Of a stretch of 64,000 nt of DNA, positions 13,449-27,958 are shown piece after piece (the stretch's first letter is position 1; the number at the start of each line of letters is the position of its first letter). The notes beneath the pieces were generated by a model. The model saw nothing but the letters and a program-made list of their open reading frames with translations. It did no database searches and was not told the DNA's origin. Source of the stretch: Octopus sinensis (taxonomy: Eukaryota); NCBI RefSeq assembly GCF_006345805.1, contig NC_042997.1:44826001-44890000 (forward strand). The letters are read 5' to 3'. Position numbers and translations under genes: made by a program.

Positions 13449-13928
13449 GTGTCAGGCATTCGTCGTGACAAGACGTACTTTTCATAGCTCCCGTCCGTAA
13501 CCAAAGAAGCATATTTCAACTCAAGCCAACAGAAACTCTCATTGTTTTTAGTCCCAGTACTTTTGAATTCTTCAATTCTACTATTCTACTCTTCTACTAC
13601 CATCGGAGGATAAATTTATACAAATCTATATACAACCTGGAGAAAGAAATATAAACCAAAACTAAACTCAAGACTAGTTCTAAAACTAGTCCCGTGAGTA
13701 CAATTCTTCCTTCTTTTTTCTTGATCTGTATTAAACACACTGCTCATCCTGATTGTACTAAATACACTGAACTCTCCCACACACAAGCCACGCATTTCCG
13801 AGTATATCGACACAATCTTTTCAACGGTGTATTCACTATTTTACATCAAGCCATCAATAACTGGTGTACATATATATATACACACATACACATACATATA
13901 TATATTACACAATACTATCCCTCTGAAT

Positions 13929-14156
13929 ATGGCCAATAATATTCAAAAACGCCACTGGGTTGAAAATGAAATTACTGCAATGATAAACGCTTGGTTCATT
14001 CATCACAATGAAGCTAATGTTTACAGTAAAATAGCTGAGGACTTAGCGAAACAATCCCTTTACAGATCTGTAAAACAGATCGAAAACAAAATAAAAGAGA
14101 TTAAAAGAATATTTCCTATGTTCCACGCGCACATGGCTACACTAGAAGAAATTATG
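13929..14156 (+). CDS. Second Myb/SANT-like LINE N-terminal ORF (truncated), with probable 5' UTR from about 13448
   Basis: MANNIQKRHWVENEITAMINAW...KIAEDLAKQSLYRSVKQIENKIKEIKRIF...HMATLEEIM is colinear with the 7671 ORF. Confidence 0.6.
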
Positions 14157-15811
14157 TTGCAGTGTACGTGTATGCTGTGATCTTGAATTGGGCAGGGGAC
14201 GTATGGCCCGTGGTCCCAGTCTTGGATGAACCTTGAAGCTAATGTTAAGGTCGTTTGTGCAAAGTTGGCGGTATATTCTCCACATCGTACAAATGATGTA
14301 CCGCTCACGGCGACGCTGGAGAGAGTAAAGTTTCAAGGCTTTAAGGCGATCTCAATAATCGAGAGCAGCCATGACTTCAATTTGTTTAGTGAGTGCCCTC
14401 TGGGGTGACTCAATCCTCGAGATGTTTTGTCTTGTATGGGGAGACCACAGTAGGCAGCAGTATTCGAGGTGTGGCCGCACAAAGGAGGAGAAAAGTGGTA
14501 TGATGACACCTTGTTCTCTGGACCGGAAAGTTCTTAGGATCCAGGAACTCATCCTACGAGTTATATCGACCTTCTTGTTGTTGTGTGCACTCCAACTGAG
14601 ATCGTCATCAACAATTACACCCAGGTCTCTGATATTGTTAGAGGCTGTGAGCGGTTCCCCTGAAGGAAGAGAGTATGGCTGTTTTAGTGAGGAATTTCTT
14701 CCAAAATGCATCAGCTCAAATTTTCCCTCATTCAGTTGCATTTTGTTTCTGTCTGCCCATTGACTCACAGCATATAGGTCAGACTGGAGTTGAGTTCGGT
14801 CTGCTTCTTCATTGACGATTTGCTGGAGCTTAGTGTCATCAGCGAATATTTTCACTTTGTAGTGATGTACGACACTGGAAAGGTCATTTATGTAAATTAT
14901 GAAGAGTAGCGGACCCAAGACAGTCCTTTGGGGGACACTGCTGGTGACTTTTGCTGGGCTTGAGTGGACTCCATCAACTACAACATGTTGTGTTCTATTC
15001 GCCAGGAAATACTTAATCCGGTGTAGAACTTTTCCACGGATTCCAACATTTGCCAATTTTGAGAGTAGGATATTATGGTCAACCCTGTCGAACGCTTTAC
15101 TGAAGTCAAGATATATGACGTCAGAGTTCGAACCTGTTCCCAAGGCTTTGAGTACATCTTCAATGTGGTGTAAGAGCTGTGTTAGACAGTCCCTGCCATA
15201 GAGAAAGCCATGCTAATTTGCATTTAGGAGTTTGTGGGTCTCCAGGAAGTCAGCTATCCTTGATCTTAACACTCTTTCAAACACTTTAATGATGTGGGAG
15301 GTGAGTGAGATTGGGCGATAATTGAGTGCGAGGGATCTGTTTCCCTGTTTGAAAACCGGGATGACTGACTGGGTTAGAAACTGTTTCGGTATATAACCTG
15401 CGTCTAACGAATTTCTCCAGAGGTTGGTCAGAGGGACTGCAAGTTGGTGTCTACATTCCTTCAGGAGACTAGCGGGGAATCTATCAGGGCCTACAGCAGA
15501 GTAGTATTTGACCTTATTTATTGCTGCTACGATGTCAGTGGCAGTGACGGTTATGTCTGAGATTTTATGTTGGGAGTCAACTTCGTTCGCTTCTCTTACG
15601 TCAATATCAGTGGGAACACTAAAGACAGAGCAGTATTGTTTCTGCAGTATTTCTGCCATTTCTTTAGCATCGTGTTGGGGAATGCTGTTATCATCAATCA
15701 ATGGCCCAATGGGTGAGACAGTGGTTCTATGCTTATTTGCATAAGAATAGAACACTTTTGGGTTCTGTTTGATGTTTTTGATTACCCACTGTTCCTCCAC
15801 AGCTCTTTGAT
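14146..15811 (-). mobile_element. CR1-like LINE family 2, RT region
   Basis: ORFs 15213-15866, 14352-15143 and 14142-14336 contain YRPISLTS, YLDFSKAFDRV, VPQRTVLGPLLF, FADDTK, RPHLEYC and YSLQRRRERY. Confidence 0.92.
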
Positions 15812-15825
15812 TATATATATATATA

Positions 15826-15920
15826 ATCAGTGCGAGATCTGGGTATTTACATGAGTGATGATGCAACCTTTCATGTGCATGTTGCTAAATTAGCAATGAA
15901 ATGTAGGCGGCTGACCGGAT
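15826..15920 (+). mobile_element. 95-bp internal CR1 family 1 RT fragment between two (TA)n tracts
   Basis: Near-identical to the reverse complement of 52322-52418. No LINE 3' tail. Confidence 0.85.
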
Positions 15921-16066
15921 ATATATATATGTATATATATATATATGTAAATATGTATGTATATATATATTTGTAAATATATATGTTTATATATATATGT
16001 GTATGTATATGTATGTGTGTATGTATGTATGTATGTATATATATATATATGTATGTATGTATATAT

Positions 16067-19000
16067 AAATCCTTAAAAATGTTTTAGCCCGAAGGCTGCG
16101 GCCATGCTGGGGCACCACCGCTGAATGAGCTACGCTAATATGTGAATCCACCTCTGATACGTGGCACTTGATCAACAAGGGAGTTCGATGCTGCTGCCCG
16201 CATCTACGTCTCCTGTCGTGAGGTAGGTTCATCTGGGACTCCCGACAAGAAGAGATCCAGTTTAGTTTTAAAGAAACCCACATCCACACCATGTAAGTCT
16301 CTCAGGCATTTAGGGAGGATGTTAAAGAGCTGTGGTCCTCTGAAACCTAAGCTGTTGCAGTATCTGGACCTGTATTTTGATGGTGATGTTGGAATCTTTG
16401 GCACCATGCAGTGGCGCCCTGTTCTGCGGTTGGGGTAACTTTGAATGCCAAAGTTTGGGACAAGACCCTCCAGGATTTTCCAGATGTATATCACCGCATA
16501 TCTCTCCTGCCTCCGCTCTAGGGAGAAGAGGTTTAATACTTTCAGTCTTTCCCAGTAGCTGATATTTTGCATTGAGACGATCTTCTTTGTGTAGCTTCTC
16601 TGAATTGCTTCGAGTTCTGCTGTTAGTTTTATATTGTATGGTGACCATAGTTGGGAGCAGTTGTCCAAGTGGCTGAGGACGAATGTTTTCCTTCTCTCTT
16701 GTTCTGAAAGTTCGGAGAATCCATCCAGCTAGCCGTCTGCATTTTATCACCAGATTAGTGATATGCACTTGGAAAGATGCATCATTGCTCATGTCAATGT
16801 CCAGGTCACGCACTGATTTTGACTCAGGGATTGCAATTCTTCCTGGGCCAGTATATCCAGTCTGCACGTCGTTTACCTTTGTGTGCCGGTAGCGCAGGGC
16901 CTGGAACTTACCTGCATTAAACTGCATGTTGTTGTCCTCAGCCCACCTGTATATTGTGTCCAACTCCTGTTGCAGATGCGCAATATTTTCAGGGTTTTGT
17001 ATTGCGTGGGAGACTTTTGTGTCATCTGCATAGCTAGCAAGGGTGGTCATCGTAGCAACTGAAGGCATGTCTGAAAGGGCCACTATGAACATCAGTGGCC
17101 CCAAGACAGTGCCCTGTGGGACACCGCTTGTTATTTGTGTTTCCTTGGAGGTGGCTCCATTGCTCACAACTGCCTGTTTTCTGTCTTTTAGGAAGTTGTG
17201 CAGCCACTCTCCAAGTTTTCCGCCTATGCCGAGACCACACAGTTTGTGACAGATCATACCATGGTTGACCTTATCAAAGGCTTTTGCAAAGTCGAGATAT
17301 ATTACGTCCACATTTGAGCCATTTAGTAGCTGTTTCAACACCCAGTCATAGTGTTGCAGGAGCTGTGTTAGGCAGCTTCTACCTGGTCGAAATCCATGCT
17401 GGGTGTCAGACAGCAAGTCATTTTCTTCAAGGAACATGATTAGTTTCTTACGGACTATTCATTCCATGACTTTGCTGATGTGTGAGGTCAGAGAGATAGG
17501 CCTATAATTTTTAGCATCTGCTCTGCTACCTCCCTTATGGATAGGGCATATTACCCCCTCTTTCAAATTGACTGGGAGCTTACCACTTGCAAGAAAGCTC
17601 TGAAAAAGAAGCTGTAGCGGTTTTGCAAGGGCTCGTTTGCACGATTTGAGAAGGATCGCTGGGAATCCATCAGGTCCAGCAGCTGAGTTTGTGTCAATCT
17701 CATCTATGGCTAGTGTGATATCATCATCTTCGATGTTGATGTACTCAATTTTTGCCTCTTTGGCCGCAGGTAAAGTGGCAAAGAATTCTTCTGGGTTGTT
17801 TACTTGCCTGTGTCCTAGAGGTGTAGTGAACACACTTTGGAATTGTTCGTTCAGTATTTCACTTATCCTCGTGGGATTTCCTGTGAGAGAGCCATCTTTT
17901 TGAAAGAGAGGTCCTATTCTCTGGTGCACTGTGGCTGTCTCTTTTGCAAACTTAAAGAAAGCTTTAGGGTTTGATTTTATATTTTCTATTACCCAAGCTT
18001 CTTTATCTGCTCTCTCCTTTTCATGGGACTGATGCAGACTTTTCTCAGTTTCCATTAGCATTCTCTCGAGCCGAGACTTCTCACCACTTTTGGTGTACTT
18101 GCTCAGGTGGTTCGCAATCCTTGTCCGTCGTCTCATAAGAATCTTCCTTTCTCTAGGGATCCTGTTTTTATTTTTGTGTGTGCTGGCCCTGCACACTGGG
18201 ACATATTTGTCACATATGGCTTGTATTATGGACATGAAGTATTTGTGTTTCATGTTAATGTCCGGTGTGGAGAGACATTTAGGCCAATCCTGTTTGAGGA
18301 TCTCTTTCTCAATCATCTTCCAGTTTGCTTTATGAAAGTTTAAGTTGGAGAGATGGTGAATGCTTTATATAGGCTGTGTGTCTACAGGGGCTTTTGGTCC
18401 ATACATAGACAGCTCTATTATGTTGTGATCCGAGATCATTGTCGGCATCACTTTAACATTATGGATAATATCCATATTGTTTGTGAAGCAGAGAGCCAGT
18501 ATATTATCTGCCCTTGTTGGTTGCAGAACTATTTGCTTCATGAAAGAGGCATTTGTGAGATGGAGCAGGGACTCTGCCTGTGCCTGCTGATGGTGTGTCA
18601 TCCCTGAGAGCATCTGCCCCCCAGGCCATTCCACATTGGGGAAGTTAAAGTCACCCATGAAGAATACTCTGTTGTGTTGTTCAAGGTTGGTGAGGACTTC
18701 TATTTTTGTTAGGCAGTCTTCAAACATGCCTGAGTGATTTGGGGCATCTGGTGGGCGATATGTAGTGCATATGACGATATTCAGTTGTCTTATGTGTACA
18801 ATTTGAGTGTCACACACTGAGTTTGAATATGACAACAGAACCTGGGGCGTGAGGTCATCTCGGATGTACATTGCAACTCCACCATGGCTCCTCCCTATTC
18901 TATCTGAGCATATGACTGCATATTGCGGCATGTGTATTTCTGCATCCCCTGTATCGGGTCCAAGATGCATTTCTGTGAGTGCCATGCATATAGCTTGATT

Positions 19001-19324
19001 GCATGTCACAAGATCTCTCAGGAATGAGATTTTCCTTATACAGTTTCTGCGCAGCAGCCCTCCTACGTTCAGTAGAAATATTTTTGTGGTGTGTGTGTTG
19101 GTGTCTGTGGTGGCCATCCTGCATCTGTTGGTGGTGGCCTTATGTGGTGGTAGTTCCAGCTTTGTGTTTGTAGCCAGGTCAGCCAGCTGCTGGACAATTT
19201 TTTGTGCCATGCACAAAAAAGACTGCTGTTCAGCTGCTGCCCTTCTCACATCTGGGTGAAGCTGGCCATCTGTTGGGTTACTGCGCACCACATCTGCATA
19301 TCGTCTTTCAGGAGTGGTCTTTCA

Positions 19325-19325
<1 letters not shown>
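16067..19325 (-). mobile_element. CR1-like LINE family 1, copy B: APE + RT through the 3' tail, 5' truncated
   Basis: ORFs 18365-19291 (APE), 17459-18316, 16322-17437 (YADDTK) and 16204-16668. The tail ggtgccccagcatggccgcagccttcgggctaaaac is at 16080-16116. Confidence 0.95.
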
Positions 19326-20920
<1,595 letters not shown>

Positions 20921-21933
20921 TCCAACATCCCTCACTAGCTATGCTGATGACACAAAGGTAGCACAGGCAATTAAAAACCCAGCTGATGCTGACCTTTTAC
21001 AACAAGATCTGGATGCCATATACAAATGGGCTGAAGAAAACAACATGCAATTTAATGCTGGTAAATTTCAAGCCTTACAATATCAAGCTGTAAACACATA
21101 TACATTACAACACAACTATACTGGTCCAGGAGGGATCGAAATCCCAGTATCGAAATCAATACGGGACCTGGGGATAGACATGAGTGACGATGCATCTTTT
21201 TCTTCACACATCGCGAAGGTGGCGACAATGTGCAGACGACTCACTGGCTGGATCCTGAGGACATTCCGGACAAGAGACTGCGAGACCATGTTGACACTAT
21301 GGAGGACATTTGTCCTAAGCCGCCTAGACTACTGCTCCCAACTGTGGTCACCGCATAGTGTCAAACTAACCACAGAGCTTGAGACAATCCAAAGACATTT
21401 CACCAAGAGGATTTCCACCATGAAAGAAAAAAACTATTGGGAGAGGCTTAGGGAACTCAATTTGTACTCCTTGGAACGAAGACGAGAGAGATATGCAGTG
21501 ATATACATATGGAAAATCCTGGAGGGACTAGCACCAAATTTTGGAATTGAGAGCTGTTCCAATCCCCGTACAGGTCGTCACTGTGTGGTGCCAAAGGTCC
21601 CGTCTTCCACATCCAGGGTAAGGAGCAGATACTGTAATAGCCTGGGGTTCAGGGGCCCTCAGCTGTTCAACAAACTGCCAAGAAAACTAAGAGATCTACA
21701 TGATGCGGATGTGGACATTTTCAAAAAACATCTAGACAAGCTGCTTTCCGGGATCCCAGATGAACCCACTGCAAGGTACGAAGGTAACCTAAGGGCAGCA
21801 GCTACAAACTCTCTCTTAGATCAGTGGCCAGCCACGGCAAACTGGACTTAGAGAGGGTAGCAACAAGGGCGGTGCCCCAGCATGGCCTCAGCCGGATGGC
21901 TGAAACAAGTAAAAGAGTAAAAGAGTAAAAGAG
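20921..21933 (+). mobile_element. CR1-like LINE family 1, copy C: RT C-terminus, 3' UTR and (gtaaaaga)n tail
   Basis: SYADDTK...LDYCSQLWSP...YSLERRRERY...GFRGPQLFN, with the stop at 21849-21851 and the tail at 21868-21933. Confidence 0.95.
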
Positions 21934-22395
21934 TGTGTATGTATGTATGTGTATATGTATATATATATGTGTATATATATATATATGTGTGTATGTATGT
22001 ATATATATATGTATATATATATGTGTATGTATGTATGTACATATATATATATATGTGTGTATGTATATATATATATATATATGTATGTATCTATGTATGT
22101 ATGTACGGTGACACAGTGAAACGTAGCCAGTAGAGCCAACAACAACATCAAAAAAACACACAAAATGTTGCGCAGTCAAAGTAAAATTTTTTTTAACAAA
22201 ACATTCAATAATATGCATAATTAAATCTCAGAATGAGATTGAAACAGTAATCGCTCGATAATTTAAAGTATAGAAGCCATCTTATCATTCAATAATAGTT
22301 CTTTGGAAAGTTTTTTTCTTTCCTTAGTTCCTTTAAAAAAAACACATTTGACATTTAGCAACACAAAGTTCTTATATATATATATATATATATAT

Positions 22396-22703
22396 AGCAA
22401 AATTTAGGAACGGCCATAATAGGCCATTCAACCCACTAGAAATAACAGCCAAAGCTTCAACCGCAAAACAATATTAATTCCATAAACCAGGAGAAAATTT
22501 AAAAAAACATTTACCCTGTAATATTTTATACGATGCATCGTTTCGTCTATTCTTTAATGGTAAATCAACCTGATTAAATTAAATTAAATCAAGCTAATCT
22601 TCCATAGGGCGGTTTACGGAATTAATATTGTTTTGCGGTTGAAGCTTTGGCTGTTATTTCTAGTGGGTTGAATGGCCTATTATGGCCGTTCCTAAATTTT
22701 GCT
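22396..22703. repeat. Inverted repeat with 93-bp arms and a 122-bp spacer, beside (TA)n
   Basis: 22396-22488 is the reverse complement of 22611-22703 with about 1 mismatch. Confidence 0.92.
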
Positions 22704-23945
22704 GTTGAATTTATAAATGGTCTATGACTATTTACTTTTTTCCCACTAGGCCGCTGGTGGCAAAAGAATTCTGCGAAATTTTTTTGCCACCCTATATTGA
22801 TTAATTATATATATATATATATATTATACATGGGGTTTACCTATAATGCTAGACACCTTTATAAATTTCCTTTTTCTTTTCTTACTCTTTTGTTTTCCAT
22901 ATTAAGTTTCATATTAAACTCTTTGTACTTGCATGTCAAGCAGCACATGTGTGCTCGATGTCAGTCTGTGTGTGAGTGTCTCTCTCTCTCAATGGAGTGT
23001 GGGAGTCAAAAGAGGAAGACTATATGCCCGGTCACATGTCAGCAGAGTAGAGATGATGACAATTTTCTCTTTTGCTGAGAAGCTGAACTCTCAAATTCGG
23101 AGTTGCAACTGATTAATAAAACATTAGCCTCCAGCGAGTGAACTGTTTCTCTTCTGCAACTACAACAATAACTTCCAAAATCTCTCTAGAACTATGGATC
23201 AACTTGCAAGATTGGGATAAGATACCGATCTTTGTTGCTGAGTGGTAAACATGTTCATCCAGCTATTGCTTGTCAACCACTTGCCATAATACCAGCAAGA
23301 AAGATGCCACAAAGCACTAACAAAAATTAGTGAATTTATTTGAATTGCAGCTGATATAAGACAAAGAAAAGTATGTTTGTTTTAAGTATGTGTATAAAAC
23401 TTTTATCTTGTACTTGCTTCAGTCACTGGATTGCAGCCATGCTGGAGCACTGCTTTGAAGGGTTCAGTCGAACAAATATCAGTGTATTGAAGTGGCGTTA
23501 TAATTACATTTTTACGCTGTAGTTCTTAAAAGATAAATATTGCTTTCTCTTATAAGCATAAGGGCTGAAAATTTTGGGGAGGATTTTAATTGATAACATT
23601 GACCCCCAGTGCTCAGCTGGTATTTATTTTATTGATCCCAAAAGGATCAAAGACAAAGTCAACTTCAGCGGTGTGATCACTTCCTATATGTTTGTGTTTT
23701 CTACTTGGGTGTATGAAGCAAAGGCTGTTGGTCGGGGACACCACTTGTAGCATTGTTAACTATACACAAAAATAACCAGGAACAAGAGTGTGTCGATGTA
23801 GTATTTAGTTTGCTTCGTTCAGCTACACATTGTGAGGGCAAATACCATCAGCCTTCTAAAATCTCAGTCTTGTCTCCCGTCTGACTGGGAGCTTCTTTTC
23901 CGCAGACCAGCTCCCTAGTTAGCCCGCAGTGAAGGTCCTGTCTAC

Positions 23946-24352
23946 AGGCGCAGGAGTGGCTGTGTGGTAAGTAGCTTGCTAAACAACCACATGGTTCCAG
24001 GTTCAGTCCCACTGCGTGGCACCTTGGGCAAGTGTCTTCTGTTATAGCCCCGGGCCGACCAATGCCTTGTGAGTGGATTTGGTAGACGGAAACTGAAAGA
24101 AGCCTGTCGTATATATGTATATATATATATATATATGTGTGTGTGTCTGTATTTGTCCTCCTAGCATTGCTTGACAACTGATGCTGGTGTGTTTACGTCC
24201 CCGTCACTTAGCGGTTCGGCAAAAAGAGACTGATAGAATAAGTACTGGGCTTACAAAAAGAATAAGTCCCGGGGTCGATTTGCTTGACTAAAGGCGGTGC
24301 TCCAGCATGGCCGCAGACAAATGACTGAAACAAGTAAAAGAGAGTAAAGAGA
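23946..24352 (+). mobile_element. SINE family B
   Basis: Full head, body and tail homologous to 2963-3415. Confidence 0.9.
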
Positions 24353-24961
24353 GTTCGTCTGTAGTTCCCTACAAGATGGTAGGAATGCCACTGAGCATTT
24401 TTTGTTTGGTGCAGCAATGATCCTGCCAGCTTGCCGCCTTAAAATAGCACACTAATATTACTTTTGCATTCTTTCAAACAACTCTTTTGGTTAACATTGC
24501 TTGGAAGTTATTTTACTGACATTTAAAACTTTAGATATACTTATAACTTTCATTCATAAATAATGTTATGAATTTTAACTTCAAGATTAATTATTCTGTA
24601 AGGTGATATTTTATTGCTAATAAAAACATGTATTATATATTTAAATCCTTTGAAATTTTATTAAGCACTGTTCATGAAGTGCAAAATAATTGATTTACGA
24701 ATCTGAATCACTATAAGTTTCCTCTTTGGAATCATCTCTGTTGTCCTCTTTTTCAATTTTTAATAAATCTTTTCATTCTCTGCATTTGAAATCCCACATT
24801 TTCTTGTAATGGTTTTTACTACAGTTTTTTTTAGAAACAATGTAGCAAGATTTTGTCACATCCCCACATAACTCAGCCAATCAGCAGTAAAGTATGTACA
24901 TCATCACTCTTTATGAATGACTTTTTTCCATCAACTAGCCATCTATTTGTTCCTCTCTGAA

Positions 24962-25130
24962 TCATCATCATCATCGTTTAACATCCGTTTTCCGCGCTAG
25001 CACGGGTTGGACGGTTCGACCGGGATCTGGGAAGCCGGGGGCTGCACCAGGCTCCAGTCTGATCTGGCAGAGTTTCTACAGCTGGATGCCCTTCCTAACG
25101 TCAACCACTCTGCGAGTGTAGTGGGTGCTT
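24962..25130 (-). mobile_element. Family D 3' fragment
   Basis: catcatcatcgtttaacatccgttttcc...ggatgcccttcctaacg. Confidence 0.8.
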
Positions 25131-25893
25131 TGGTTATCTTTAATGTCTGTACAGAATACTACCGCAAAACATGGCCATACAGTACACCTTCAAATTACCC
25201 AAATAAACTGTATTCATTGTCCTAGATTTATTTTACTAGTGACTTTGGTATACATACCTTCTAAAAGTATATCTCATTCAGCTTGTTTTCACTAAGGCTG
25301 GTCACAGCAGTCATGAGTCAGCCACTAATTTCAGATTTAAGAAAAACCAAAATAACCTTCTCCTGATTCAGTCTCCTAAATAGCTACGTTTTGGCTGGAC
25401 CATTTTGTCTTAGATATATAGATTTAATGAAGGTAAACTGTGATATTGTCCATCCACCTTTTCATCTGCTACCCTCCTTCAACTTGTTGTAACATCCATT
25501 CATTTGTTCGATGATCCGTGTGATTAGTAATATTCTCCTATACTCTCACCTTTCAAACACATTGATTATGTTCTCTTTGAATTCCTTCAGAGTCCATACT
25601 TTGCAAACATAAATGCCTATTGGCCAAACGAATCCTAGCACTTCTGCTGCTCCAGATGTTATTAAACTTTTTCATATGCTATGGCTTGCCATGTCCGAAT
25701 GAATGGACAATATCATTAGTTGGTTGGACAAGAGTGACAAGGCAGCTGGAGAATTCGTGCTTTATCAAGAAGACTTTCATAGAAGTGTCAGCAACATACT
25801 GCATGCATACAATACATAACGATGAATTTGTGATGCAACTGAATAACATTCTCAGCAAGGGATCCCCTACTATCTGAGGAACGGAAGGATATT

Positions 25894-26345
25894 TTAACCC
25901 TTTCATTACCAACCCGGCTGAAACCGGCTCTGGCTCTGAGTACAAATGTCTTGTTTCCATAAGTTTTGAATTAAAATCTTCCACCAAACCTTAGTCACAA
26001 TTAACCCTTTAGTATTTAAACCGGCCATAATCGGCCAAAATATTTAATCTGTTTTATATTCAAACTGACCAGATCCAGGCCCTCACACCTACCCTACAAT
26101 GTTATTCTACATTAAGTAATTACACCATCAAGATCTTGAAGATATGAGATAATGCATGATTAATTCAAATCAATGTGAATCAATAAGCATTATGTTTGAT
26201 AGAATAATCTGAACACTAAAGGGTTAATGTTCCTAACACTAGCTGAATGATAACTAAATTATTTCACAAAATTCTTTATTATATTTAAAATTAATTGAAA
26301 GAAACAGAGAGCATCTCAAAATAAATACAATACCAAAAGGGTTAG
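25894..26345. mobile_element. Nested piggyBac-type MITEs (inner element 26001-26227)
   Basis: The outer element runs TTAA-CCCTTTC...AAAGGG-TTAG. The inner element runs TTAA-CCCTTTAG...CTAAAGGG-TTAA with a duplicated TTAA. Confidence 0.8.
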
Positions 26346-26797
26346 GCTAGGTCCTTTATACATTATGTTTGATATAAAAGATAGGATGGTCACAGTAGAA
26401 ATGCTTTTGGTTATTTGTCTGGTCAATCAAAGCTGATCTGCTGCTAAGCAACAAGTTTTACACTGATTTGAATCAAGAAGAAAGTAACTAATTAGGGAAA
26501 AGGGTTAATTTAGTGGAACGGAATGTTGTTACAATCTTGAGCTGATTATTGTTATTATTTTTTTCTTTTTTCTTGTGAGTCAGTCTGTTATCGATCCATC
26601 TACCACAAAAACAAAATTGACCGCTTCCTTTATTTTCACACAAGTTACAGATATTGTTAAAAGCATTCGGTTGAAATCAGTCCGACCATAATACTGGCGA
26701 ATGAGTAATTGTTGGGGAACCAGTATGATATCTTTAAGCTAACTGGCATAGTGCTATGGCTCAGATTATTCCAGTCACACTACTTTGTACATTGTAT

Positions 26798-27015
26798 ACT
26801 CTCTTTTTACTCTCTCTTTTACTTGTTTCAGTCATTTGACTGCGGCCATGCTGGAGCACCGCCTTTAGTCGAGCAAATCGACCCTGGGACTTATTCATTG
26901 TAAGTCCAGTACTTATTCTATCGGTCTCTTTTTTGCAGAACCGCTAAGTGACGGGGACGTAAACACACCAGCATCGGTTGTCAAGCAATGCTAGGGGGAC
27001 AAACACAGACACACA

Positions 27016-27068
<53 letters not shown>

Positions 27069-27234
27069 TACGACAGGCTTCTTTCAGTTTCCGTCTACCA
27101 AATCCACTCACAAGGCATTGGTTGGCCCGGGGCTATAGCAGAAGACACTTGCCCAAGATGCCACGCAGTGGGACTGAACCCGGAACCATGTGGTTGGTAA
27201 GCAAGCTACTTACCACACAGCCACTCCTGCACCT
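26798..27234 (-). mobile_element. SINE family B
   Basis: Homologous to the other family B copies. Confidence 0.9.
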
Positions 27235-27731
27235 ATATATAAATCATTTCATTTTCATCATGCTTTTTTTCTCTTAGTTAATTTTTCTTACTTAACTCAA
27301 AGTGTTACTATTATCTGTATAACTGCAGCAATAAGAAACATGGCTGACCTAAAAGTGTAAGAGTATGAATAATGCCAATTGCTGTGGATTGAAATAGTAG
27401 AATTGCTCTGTAAACACAACCAGAGTATCGGTTGTGGTGCTCCATAAATACAGCCACTAATTTAGTTAAGAATAACACTGTGTAACACGATCTTTGTCTT
27501 TGGGAAGCAACTGTGATTTCCTATTTGCTTACCCCTAGAACCTATGAAAATTGGATAATATTTCCTTCAAATATTGCTTTTGTTACATTTATTCAAACCC
27601 CAAAGAATCCCTCTCAATACATGGCTGTGATGTTCCCCCGCTACTTTTGCTCATGGTCAGAGATGTATATATTGTCAGCCACTAAAGGACATGCTCAAGT
27701 GGATAAGGTCAAACAAATGACAAGCAAATCT

Positions 27732-27958
27732 GTGGTTGCAGAAGCGTTAGCACATCGGGTGAAATGCTTAGCGGTATTTCGTCTGCCGTTACGTTCTGAG
27801 TTCAAATTCCGCCGAGGTCGACTTTGCCTTTCATCCTTTCGGGGTCGATAAATTAAGTACCAGTTACTCACTGGAGTCGATGTAATTGACTTAATACCTA
27901 TGTCTGTCCTTGTTTGTCCCTTCTGTGTTTAGTCCCTTGTGGGTAATAAAGAAATAGG
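27732..27958 (+). mobile_element. SINE family A
   Basis: Homologous to 1256-1476. Confidence 0.85.
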
